Below are positions 11,148-20,000 of a DNA stretch of 20,000 nucleotides, piece by piece. The notes below the pieces were generated by a model. The model saw nothing but the letters and a program-made list of their open reading frames with translations. It was not told the origin of the DNA and ran no database searches. Position 1 is the first letter of the stretch. The number at the start of each line of letters is the position of its first letter. Source of the DNA: Chiloscyllium plagiosum (Eukaryota); assembly GCF_004010195.1 (NCBI RefSeq), contig NC_057719.1:49723875-49743874 (forward strand), read 5' to 3'. The position numbers and the translations under genes are program-made.

Positions 11148-11884
11148 ACTGTGGCTCAGTTGAAAATACTCTCACCTCTGAGTCATAAGGTCCCATTTGG
11201 AGACTTGAAACGCTGCTCTATTCAAAGTGTCAACCTTCAAATAAGATGTTAAACGGAGGACTTTCTGTCCTCGCAAGTGAATGCAAAAAAATCTTAGTGT
11301 TATTTTGAAAAGAGCAGGTGAATTATCACTGGTCTCTGGGCCAATACTTATCTGTCAGTCAACATTACAAAATAAATCATCTGGTTTACAGGAACTGAGC
11401 ATTGGCATTTCTTGCAATACTTTGATGCCTTCACTTTTAAAGTACTTCATCAGTTGCAAAATGTTTGGGATGTCAGGAGAGGTGATGGTCGAGTGATATT
11501 ATTGCTGGACTATTAATCTAGACACCCAGATAACGTTCTGCGGACCAGGTTCAAATCCTGCCATGGCAGATGGTAGCATTTGAGTTCAAAGAAAAGAAAA
11601 TCTGGAAGTAAGAGTCTAATGATGACCGTGAACCCATTGTCGAATGTTCAGGGAAAAACCCATTTGGCTCACTAACGATCATCAGGGAAGGAAACTGCCA
11701 TCCTTACCTGGTCTGGCCTACTTGTGACTCCAGACCCACAGCAATGTGGTTGACTCTTAATTGCTGTCTGGGTAATTAGGCATGGGTATTAAATGCTGCC
11801 TTGTCAGTGATGCCCTCATCCCATGAATGAATTAACAAAATCTGGTCACCAGGCAAGGTGCTATATAAATGCAGGAGCTTTTTA
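11148..11884 (+). mobile_element. Old Deu-domain SINE (SacSINE1/AmnSINE1-like), split by SINE-A
   Basis: Head gtggctcagt...ctctcacctctgagtca (B box deleted); Deu-like core gatgttaaacggagg...gaaaagagcagg...ggccaatacttat; 3' part aagtacttcat...tttgggatgtc | ...aaggtgctatataaatgca. Recognised from recalled consensus. Confidence 0.7.
11476..11840 (+). mobile_element. Complete SINE-A copy (tRNA head, body, LINE-shared tail)
   Basis: A-box-like TGGTCGAGTGA 11486-11496, B box GGTTCAAATCC 11548-11558, body gggaaggaaactgccatccttacctggtctggcctac..., tail ...catcccatgaatgaattaacaaaa. Confidence 0.85.
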
Positions 11885-12231
11885 TGATCTATTAAAGATG
11901 AAATTCAAGATCAATTTGAAGATTAAATGCTTTTTCAAGAAATTTGTGAAGGTTCATTTCGATATGTATAGCCACACACTCGTCAAATCATAAGTTTAAG
12001 GTTTTTCCAAAACGGACCTCATTGTAATAGTTGGGACAGGCTGCTCCATGTACTCAGGTGCCATGCCTTCATAGCAGTTCATGGTTTTCAATCCATCTGG
12101 TTTGGATACCTATCTGACTGGTTCTCACTCTGGTATGAGGCAGAATGGTGTGGTTAACTTGAAGCAATATTCTTGCTCCTGGTGACGGTGCATTGAGGTA
12201 GTTTTATGTTAAAGCTTATCTATTGCTGAAG

Positions 12232-12886
12232 GAAAACAATAGCTTAGTGGTATTATTGTTAGATTACTAACCTAGAAACCCAGGTAATGCTCCGGGGATC
12301 CGGGTTTCAATCACACTTGAATTTAATATCAAATCTGGAATTTAAGAATCTAATTATGACCATGAAACAATTGTCAGTTATTGGAAAAAAACTGATCTGG
12401 TTCACTCCTGTCCTTTAGATTAGATTAGATTAATTACAGTGTGGAAACAGGCCTTTCGGCCCATCAAGTCCACACTGACCCTCCAAAGAGCAACCCACCC
12501 AGACCCATTCCCCTACACCTAACACTACGGGCAATTTAGCATGGCCAATTCACCTAACCTGCACGTTTTTGGACTGTGGGAGGAAACTGGAGCACCCAGA
12601 AGAAACCCACACAGACACGGGAAGAATGTGCAAACTCCACACAGACAGTTGCCTGAGGCGCGAATTGAACCTGGGTCTCTGGCATTATGAGGCAGCAGTG
12701 CTAACCACTGTGCCGCCCACTTTAAAAAAGGAAATCTGCTGTTCTTACCTGGTCTGGCCTGTGTATGATTCCAAACCCATAGCAATGTAGTTGACACTCA
12801 ACTGCCCTCAGGGATACTAGGGATGGGCAATAAGTGTTGGCCTATCTCTAGCAGCACCCACATCCTGTGAATGAACGAAAAATAAA
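12232..12886 (+). mobile_element. SINE-A copy interrupted by an HE1 SINE
   Basis: A box TAGCTTAGTGG 12240-12250. Body breaks at gtccttta and resumes at 12720 (ctttaaaaaaggaaatctg...). Tail ctagggatgggcaataag...catcctgtgaatgaacgaaaaataaa. Confidence 0.8.
12415..12719 (-). mobile_element. HE1-type (V-SINE) elasmobranch SINE
   Basis: Minus strand: GGCACAGTGGTTAGCACTGCTGCCTCA...GGTTCAATTC (tRNA head), V-core TGTGTGGAGTTTGCACATTCT...GGGTTTC...CAGTTTCCTCCCACAGTCCAAA, CR1-like tail GGGCCGAAAGGCCTGTTTCCACACTGTA plus (TCTAA)n. Short CTTTA duplication at 12413-12417 / 12720-12724. Confidence 0.92.
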
Positions 12887-13091
12887 TTGTTTGTTTGGTC
12901 TCAAGCAGAGCTAGAAAACCTGAACAGTGCTCGAACAGGCACTTTTCCTTGCCTGTGCTAGAAGAAAATCCATTTTGGACCAGACTTATTTTAGATAATG
13001 TTTCGAGTGCTAGGTTGGTCCACATGGTTCCTATTTCCACCTGGAAAATCATTATGCTAGATTCATCCTACATGACTGCATTTTAAATAAA

Positions 13092-13397
13092 TTAATTTGC
13101 GGGATTGTTAGATAAGGCATAATCTAATACCCATCTCAAACTGCTCAGAGGACAACTAAGACTGTGGGCCTCATATGGGCCAGAGCAAGTCACAATAACA
13201 GTTTTTCTTCCCCAAAGGTTATTAGTGAACCAGAGTTTACCCTTTCTAACAATTGACAGTGGTTACATGGGTTAGCTTTTTATTCCAGATTATTATTGAA
13301 TTTAAATTGCACCATGTTCTATGTTGGGATTGGAACCTACATTCTGGTTACGCTACCTCTGGATTACTAGTCCATTACCATCACACTACTGGCTTCC
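13092..13397 (-). mobile_element. Highly diverged SINE-A-related copy
   Basis: Reverse-oriented remnants: ttcttccccaaaggttattagtgaaccaga, ttccagattattattgaatttaaatt, ctctggattactagtcca; colinear with the minus-strand copy at 15039-15581. Confidence 0.55.
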
Positions 13398-13851
13398 AGC
13401 ACACTTATTGTTCCTTTATTCCACTTGGTAATTAAAGAACATTAACTGTTGAGAAATGTCACAGTTACCATTGCCCTCACCATAATTATTCACAGGGATC
13501 ACCAAAAAAACTATGAACAGAAACCAGTAAAGAAGGTGAAACTATACACAATGCTATAAATTAATAGCTTCATAGCCTACTGCCTTAAAAGAAGCCCCAA
13601 ATGCTCATTCGTCAACAATTTTATCAGCTACTGCAATGAAAAGAAATGTTTGCATCTGCATGATGTGGCAATCTTTCATAACATTCCCCACAATTAATTG
13701 AAATATTGTTGTGGGAATTAGATTATTCAATTGTATTAATTGTTCTGATACTGTTCTATGGTATCAGTGGCTGCATTAGCTGGCCCACTCTGGTTAATTT
13801 TCATATATAATCTTGATAATGAATGTTAAGAAGCAATTATTCATCTTAAGT

Positions 13852-14065
13852 ACCATAAGGTAAGATTATCAGACCATAAAAAAAGCAAGAGTAAGTCATT
13901 CACCCCTTGAACCTTCTCTGCAAATCGAAAGATCAAGGTTGATCTGATTGGGGCCTTAACACAACTTTCTCCTCAGCACTCTGGAACCCTTTCACAATCA
14001 AAAATCTTTCTAAATCAGTTTTGAATATATTCAGTTACCCAGCCACCACTGGTGTCTGTAGAGTG
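13852..14065 (-). mobile_element. Diverged CR1 3'-end fragment
   Basis: accataag...gagtaagtcattcaccccttgaacct...aagatcaaggttgatctga...aatcaaaaatct...ttgaatatattca resembles a reverse-oriented CR1 3'UTR. Confidence 0.55.
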
Positions 14066-14074
14066 CCTCTCTGC

Positions 14075-14172
14075 TCCACCACCTACAAGGTCCCCTCTGA
14101 GTCACACATCATCCTTACTTGGAAAGATATTGTTGTTCCATCACTGTCACTGGATCAAAATCCGGGAACTCC
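14075..14172 (+). mobile_element. Fragment of the 3' region of the same LINE family as 1968-5364
   Basis: caaggtcccctctgagtcacacatcatccttacttggaaagatatt...tcactgtcactggatcaaaatccgggaact aligns by eye to 5128-5212 (catgttcccctccaagccacttactatcctgacttggaaatatat...tcactgtcactggtacaaaatctggaat). Confidence 0.7.
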
Positions 14173-15038
14173 AGCCTTATTGGAGATTCATTCATCCACA
14201 CAAATGAAGGGTATTTTGTCACATGACTTTGTCTATCCATCAGACTCCTCCTACACCATCCCATGTCCTCCCACACACTTACAGTAACACGATGCCCTTG
14301 ATTTCTTCTTATTCTAGGTTGCTGCCTGCTATCCCAAGCAGTGATCCTCTTTACCTTCCTTCTGCAACAGTGCCCCCTGATATCTCACACCCTACTCAAC
14401 ACAATACTCATTCAACTGACTCACAGCACTGACCACGGACCACTGCCAGAAGGTACTAAGATGGAACTCAGTGACTGCCCCAAACGGATGACTGATTGTG
14501 ACCCTAGACTGCTTATGGAAGTAGTCCTTTACTGACTGCTCTGGGGTAGCCTGACTTACATCACCCCACTGAGGCCTACTCCCCTTAAACTTTGAGACTT
14601 GGCCATTTGGTAAGTGCATGCTGCTGGCTTTCTGTATGTTTAAGTTTGCACTGAGTTATTCAGCAACATGTCCAACACCTTGACTGTTGACTGCTAACAA
14701 AAGTGACCAGGTGCCTGGCTTTCTGCCTGCACTACATTGCAGATAAAGGGCAAAGCAGTGAAAAGGAGGGTAGGGCAAAGATTGTTGTGAGCATCCAAGT
14801 AGGTGTAAATTAAGTGCTAAGAAAGCAGGACAGCAGCCCTGAGATTCAGCCTGATTCAGTTGTGAGGTAGGTTGATGTCTGTGAGCTAAGTGTCCTTGCA
14901 GCATCATTGCAATGACAGTTGCCAGTGCACATCCAAGTGTAGCACTAAGGTGCAGAAAGGTGCTGTATGTGGATTAGAGATTTGCCAATGACAGTGCAGA
15001 GAGACGAGCACATGTTGGATGCCAGTATCTGTGGACAC

Positions 15039-15581
15039 TTTTTAAATTAATTAATGGGATTAGGGGGTTGCTGGCTAGATCATCCCTAATTGCCCAGAGG
15101 GCAGTCAAGAGTCAACCACATTGCTGTGGGTTTGGAGTCACATGTAGGCCAGGGTCAAAGGTCACATGACACCAAGTTATAGTCCAACAGATTTATTTGA
15201 AATCATAAGGTTTAGGAACGCTGCCTGTTAGTCAGGGTCTGACGAAGGAGTAGCAATCTGAAAGCTTGTGATGTCAAATAAACCTGTTGGACTATAACCT
15301 GGTATTGTGTGACTTTTGACCTTGTCTCCCCCAATCTAACACCAGCACATCCACGATATGTAGGCCAGATCAGGTAAAGGAAGGCATATTTCATTCCCTA
15401 AAGGACATTAGTGAACCAAATGGATTTTTCTGGCAATTGTCAATGAATCCGTGAATCATTAGATTCCAAATTCCAGACTCTTATTGAATGCAAATTCCAC
15501 CTTCTGTTGTGGCGGGTCCCCACATTATTTCCTGGGTCTGAATTAACAGTCGTGATAATGCCACTAGGCCACTGCCTCCCC
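15039..15581 (-). mobile_element. SINE-A copy interrupted by a palindromic PLE-derived insertion
   Basis: A box as reverse complement ccactaggcca 15561-15571; body ttccctaaaggacattagtgaacca; body/tail junction catccctaattgcccagagggcagtcaagagtcaaccacattgctgtggg. Confidence 0.85.
15153..15357 (+). mobile_element. Palindromic Penelope-like-element-derived insertion with a degenerate hammerhead core
   Basis: Inverted arms 15153-~15213 and ~15261-15321 (9 mismatches in 61 nt by my count). CTGACGA (15239-15245)...GAAA (15260-15263). Exact 11-bp TSD ATGTAGGCCAG at 15142-15152 and 15358-15368. Confidence 0.75.
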
Positions 15582-17016
15582 ATATACATTGTATATACCT
15601 CTCCTCACACGGGGTGCATGAGGCAGCTGCCTGGGTTTGTGTCCTGTGATGTTGGTCCTGGAAGTCCAAAATGTCTGTCCAGGGAACAAACAGTGAGCAG
15701 GAGTCACCAGGTACCTGCACTACCTTTCATATCAGAAATTTTTCTATCCAGTGGATGATACAATAGGAACCTGCATGTTAATGAGGTAAGATTTGGTGTA
15801 AATGAGAGGGATAAGAAACAATGATCTCTGCTAATAGACATCCCGCTACTCCCTCGCAAGAATCTCCACTCGATTGCAACTTAGCTGGAAAATGTGACAT
15901 GCTACTCCTGATGTCTCACTGAACTTCACATGTGACTCTCCCAGATTTCTCACCATAGCCTGTGTCATTCAGCCCCTTAAGATTCTACCCTTAGTGTTCT
16001 TCTCCGTTATTTAAGGTAAGATGGCGAAGATCGGTCAGAAGTTACAGACACCTTGAGATAAAACTTGGTATGTGTTGTACACTGCCTCTTGGTGACTCAG
16101 GGACTGGGACTCAGAAATATGGTGTGGAACTGTTTTGGCTGTAATGTGAGGACATTTTGGAGGTTGTGGCAGATGAAAGCAAATGAGAGTGGTAAGCTGA
16201 GTGTGAACGACCAAATGCACGTAATGCACTTATAATGACAGGATCAGTTGCACATTAGCAATTTTAATAAAGCGCCTCCTCGGTTCTGGAAAAGCTGTTA
16301 ATTCAAAATCACTTTCCTTGAGAAGACACCTATGGCACCAACCATGATCAATGATTGGCTTTAAGCTCTTTTAAGTGCATGTCAAATTTAATAATCTAAC
16401 TATAAGTACAGGAAGGGAATTGCCAGGCCCAGACCCTAAAAGCAGATTATGGGCCTCAGGCCTAGCTCTTCAGGGACAGTGGTCATTAGCAGCACTCAAC
16501 TCACATTGACCCATTGGTACACACAAATTTCTGTCCAAAGTTGTGAAGTATATCGGTAGGAAAGTGGCAAATTGAGTTACTTGTTACAATACTGTCCCCA
16601 AATTTCCTTTCCAATTATTGGAGTATATAAAAGGCAGATGCTCCATTCTTACTAGTTTCCCAGCCCCACTGGAGTTACCTCCATTATATATCTGTCCACA
16701 GACTAGATATTCAAAAGCAGGAGAGCCAGAAGAGATCTCACGAGGAAATAGCAACAAGTGGAGACAATTGAAAGAAAAGGACAGACCTGAAAGGAAAACA
16801 CTGAGTAACAGAGAAAAAACAGAGAATGAGAAGCTGACAAATGCCTGGATCATGATGGAAATCCTGGGGTCCTCAGATTTGTGTCTAATGAGATAAGCTC
16901 TTGATTCAGGGAAGGTGTTATTCATACAGTCTTAGATTCATACAGCACGGAAACAGACTCTTTGGTCCATCTCATCTGTGGTGAGCAGACATCCCAATCT
17001 CACCTAGTCCTATTTG

Positions 17017-17193
17017 ATTGATTAATTCATAGTTGTCACATGTACCGAGATACAGTGAAAAGTAATATTTTGGTTGTTGTACAAGCAGATCACACAAAGT
17101 GCACCAGGGTAGCAAAAAAGAGTGCAGAAAACATGTTACTTCCACAGAGAAACTGCAGAGAGAGAGAGAGAGAGAGAGAGAGATCAGCGTTGA
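17017..17193 (-). mobile_element. Short retroposon 3'-end fragment with (GA)n, nested in the CR1 3'UTR
   Basis: Interrupts cctatttg|ccagcatttggccc. TATTTG duplicated at 17011-17016 and 17194-17199. Contains tgtcacatgtaccgagatacagtgaaaag. Confidence 0.6.
17157..17183. repeat. (AG)n microsatellite
   Basis: About 13 perfect AG units seen directly. Confidence 0.95.
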
Positions 17194-17814
17194 TATTTGC
17201 CAGCATTTGGCCCATATTCCTCTAAACCCTTCTTATTGATATACCCATCCAGATGCATTTTAAGTGTTGTAATTGTATCTACCTCCTCTTGCATCTCATT
17301 CCATTCATACTTCACCCTCTGTGTGAAATAATTTACCCCTCAGGTCCTTTTTAAATCTTTTCCCTCTCACCTTAAACCTATGGCTTCTAATTTTGGACTC
17401 CCTCGCCCGAGGACAAAGACCTTGGCTATCTACCCTATTCACGTCCCTCATGATTTTATAAACTTCTAGCAGGTCACCCCTCAGCCTCTGAAGCTCCAGG
17501 GAAAAAAGCCCAACCTATTCAGTCTCTCCCTATAGCTCAAACTCTTCAGTCCTGGCAACATCCTTGTAAATCTTTTCTGAAATCTCTCAAGTTTAACAAC
17601 ATCCTTCCCATAGAAGGGCAACCAGAATTGTACATAGTATTTAAAAAGTGGTTCACCAAAGTCCTGTAAAACCACATTATGAGGTTCCAACTCCTATATT
17701 GATTGTTCTGACCAAGGAAGGCAAGAGTGCCAAAAGCCTTCTTCACCACCTTGTCTATCTGTGATTCTACTTTCAAGAACTATGCACCTGGACTCTCTTT
17801 GTTCAGCAACATGT

Positions 17815-17987
17815 AAAATAAAATCAGAGAATGCTGGGTAGTCTCAGTAGGCTTGGCAACATCTGTGCACAGACAGAAAGGGAGCTAGTGTTTCAGATGA
17901 AAGGTCACAGACATGAAATGTTAACTCTGCTTTCCCTGCACAGATAACACCTATTGAGAGAATTTCAGCACATTCTGATTTTATTTC
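17815..17987 (+). mobile_element. Second palindromic PLE-derived remnant with a decayed hammerhead core
   Basis: Arms aaataaaatcagagaatgctg...atctgtgca / tgcacagat...cagcacattctgattttattt. Centre CAGATGA (17894-17900) aaggtcacagacat GAAA (17915-17918) tgtta. Confidence 0.65.
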
Positions 17988-18071
17988 ATACAAGTTTGTG
18001 TCATTAAAAGAATTTTGAATCTCTATAAAAATGACTTTGTGATACCAGCCATTTAAATCTTCTGAGCAACA

Positions 18072-18122
18072 ACAATCAAAGACATTTGCTACACAATCAA
18101 AGACATTTGCTACAAAATCAAA
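18072..18122. repeat. 21-bp tandem duplication (about 2.4 copies)
   Basis: acaatcaaagacatttgctac x2, followed by aaaatcaaa. Confidence 0.9.
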
Positions 18123-18159
18123 CCAGACAGGCGAGTACTCAAAAAGACAGGAACCAACT

Positions 18160-19636
18160 ATAAAAACTGTGTAAGCTCCTTACAATCAAAAAACAGAGGG
18201 TAGACGTAACAGGAACAAATATGGCAGACCAATTAAATACATACTTTGTTCTGTCTTCATAAAAGGAGGAAAGAATAACATCCCAATGTTTGGGAACACA
18301 GAGTATATTAAGAAATGAAAGGAATGAAAGGAAATCAGTATTTGTAGGGAAATATATTGAGGACAAGGCTGGGTTTAAAGGCTGATAAATCCCCAGGATT
18401 TGATAATCAACACCTCACATTACTTAAGGAAGCCTGTAAGGCCCTAAAAATGGTGAATACATTGATGCCCACCCTTCAAGATGCTACTGACTCCGGAACA
18501 ATTCTTATGGACTGGAGGGTAGCTAATGTAATCCCACCATTTTAGTAAAAAAGGAGGTAGGAAGAAAACAGAGAATTATAGACCAGTGAGTTATAGACCT
18601 ATAGTGAGGAAAATGCTAGAGTCTGTCATAAAAGATTTAATAGCAGAACACTTGAAAAGCAAGCCTCTTCCTGAGTAGCAGGCAGTGACTAGTGTGGTAA
18701 TGCAAAGATCAGTGCTTGGACCTGAGCTATTCACAATATTTTTTTTTAGATTCCATACAGTGTGGAAACAGGCCTTTCGGCCCAACAAGTCCACACCGAC
18801 CCTCTGAAGAGCAACCCACCCAGACCCATTCCCCTACATTTACCCCTGACTGATGCACCTAACACTTAGGGCAATTTAGCATGGCCACTTCACCTAACCT
18901 GCACATCTTTGGACTGTGGGAGGAAACCCACACAGATGCAGGGAGAATGTGCAAACTCCACACAGACAGTTGCCCAAGGCAGGAATTGAACCCAGGTCCC
19001 TGGCACTGTAAGGCAGCAGTGCTAACCACTGAGCCACTGAGGAGAGAATTAAATTTAATCTTAGTTTGCAGATGATGCAAAACTGGGTGGGAAGTGAACT
19101 GTGCAGAGGATACAGAGATGCTTCATTGTGATTTGAACCAATTGAGAAAGTAGACAAATACATGACAGAATAAGTATAATATGAGTAAATGTGAGGTTAT
19201 TCACTTTGGTCGCAAGAACAGGAAGGCAGATTATCTGAATGGGGGCAATCTAATTGGGAAAGAGGAAGGTGCATCAAGACCACAGTGCCCTTGTATACCA
19301 GCTGCTGAAAGTAAGCACACAGGCAGCAAAGGCAGCAAATGGCACATTGGCATTTATAGTGAGAGAATTCAAGTAAAAGAACAGGAATGTCTTGCTGCAA
19401 AAGGTGAGATGATACCTGGAGTATTACATTCAGTTTTGCTCTCCTTATCTAAAGAAAGATGAATTAGCTATGGAGAAGTGCAACAAAGGTCTGCCAGGTT
19501 GATTCCTGGAATGGCAGGACTGACGTATGAAGATAGACTCGATTGCTTAGGACTATATTCATTAGTATTCAGAAGAATGGGGGAGGGGCATCTCATAGAA
19601 ACCTATAAAATTCCAACAGATCAAGACAGGGTAAAA
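18160..19636 (+). mobile_element. Decayed, internally deleted CR1 ORF2 fragment (RT region), interrupted by HE1
   Basis: GLKADKSPGFD, DWRVANVIP, ENYRPVS, VTSVVMQRSVLGPELFTI, FADDAKLGG (~19065), KCEVIHFGRKN, RLIPGMAGLTYEDRLDCLGLYSL. Confidence 0.88.
18739..19039 (-). mobile_element. HE1-type (V-SINE) elasmobranch SINE
   Basis: Highly similar to 12415-12719; head CAGTGGCTCAGTGGTTAGCACTGCTGCC...GGTTCAATTCC. Lacks ~19 nt of the core between two gaaac repeats. Confidence 0.92.
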
Positions 19637-19759
19637 CATAGCATCAATTGGAAGTTAGCAAATGTAAGGGAGATGAGAGCGGCGCGAGCTGGGCGGAAGT
19701 GAGGTTGGAGCGCAGAGCTGGTCGGGAAGGTAAGTGATTGATATTTGAGTGGGTGTGTT

Positions 19760-19798
19760 CTATACCCCAGGCCCTACATAGTAGGGCCTGGGGTATAG
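19760..19798. repeat. Perfect 18-bp inverted repeat with a 3-nt loop
   Basis: ctataccccaggccctac ATA gtagggcctggggtatag. Confidence 0.95.
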
Positions 19799-19899
19799 TA
19801 CATAGTAGGGCCTCCCTCCCATCCTCCTCCTCTAACCTAACTTTAAATTTCACAGGTAAGCTACTCAGTGTTCTTGCTTTGGAGACGAAGTGTAGAGTA

Positions 19900-20000
19900 A
19901 TGGCAGCGCAGGCGGTGGAATGTTCCTCCTGCTGGATGTTCGAGGTAGGGGTGATCACCGATACTCCTGCTGACTTCATCTGCAGGAAATGCAGTCAGAT
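19900..20000 (+). CDS. CR1 ORF1 protein N-terminus (zinc-finger-like), partial
   Basis: ATG at 19900: MAAQAVECSSCWMFEVGVITDTPADFICRKCSQ, with CxxC...CxxC as in vertebrate CR1 ORF1p N-termini; no stop before the window end. Confidence 0.7.
   Translation, partial: MAAQAVECSSCWMFEVGVITDTPADFICRKCSQ

Larger units (their letters stand above)
16931..17811 (-). mobile_element. CR1 (HER1-like) LINE 3' portion: ORF2 C-terminus and 3'UTR
   Basis: ORFs 17546-17776 and 17481-17690 give QIDKVVKKAFGTLAF and YYVQFWLPFYGKDVVKLERFQKRFTRMLPGLKSLSYRERLNRLG, typical of the CR1 ORF2 end. Its tail resembles the HE1 tail (acagcacggaaacag). Confidence 0.88.
19645..20000 (+). mobile_element. 5'UTR and ORF1 start of a young, probably full-length CR1 (continues past the window; start approximate)
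   Basis: CpG-rich leader (gagcggcgcgagctgggcggaagt) followed by an open frame with paired CxxC motifs. Confidence 0.75.

Noticed and set aside
11486..11558. A/B boxes considered as true tRNA genes (also near 1971, 7550-7612, 12670-12715, 18990-19037)
   Set aside because: No complete cloverleaf; all continue into SINE bodies.
12525..12797. ORFs at 12525-12797 and 18859-19163 that resemble each other
   Set aside because: They are translations of HE1 SINE copies, not genes.
12895..13086. Opposing short ORFs and small stems (acaggca/tgcctgt, tggacca/tggtcca)
   Set aside because: 7-bp stems are expected by chance; no recognisable RNA or protein family.
16584..16925. Overlapping 113-aa and 92-aa ORFs
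   Set aside because: Arise from purine/pyrimidine strand bias; no domain recognised.
18072..18122. Direct repeats considered as CRISPR-like
   Set aside because: Adjacent tandem duplication without spacers in vertebrate DNA.

Overview
Eukaryotic, repeat-dense, apparently non-genic (intronic or intergenic) DNA. It is almost certainly from a shark: it carries two HE1-type V-SINEs, one with a (TCTAA)n tail, and a Deu-domain SacSINE1-like SINE. I cannot support any host-gene exon; nearly all listed ORFs are decayed retroelement frames or noise. Contents: (1) a decayed ~3.4-kb single-ORF APE-endonuclease/RT LINE of the CR1/L2 group (~1968-5364); (2) five copies of a tRNA-headed SINE ('SINE-A'); (3) a 5'-truncated Tx1/L1-clade LINE with a target-site duplication (TSD) at 8420-10563; (4) several CR1 fragments and the CpG-rich 5'UTR plus ORF1 start of a young CR1 at the right edge; (5) two palindromic Penelope-like-element (PLE) remnants with degenerate hammerhead-ribozyme cores; (6) many nested insertions. 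Most notable: the 3.4-kb LINE begins with the whole tRNA-like A/B-box head and body of SINE-A and ends with the SINE-A tail. SINE-A therefore looks like an internal-deletion derivative of an autonomous, ORF1-less LINE with a Pol III-type leader. Family names are recognised from memory, not from a database search.
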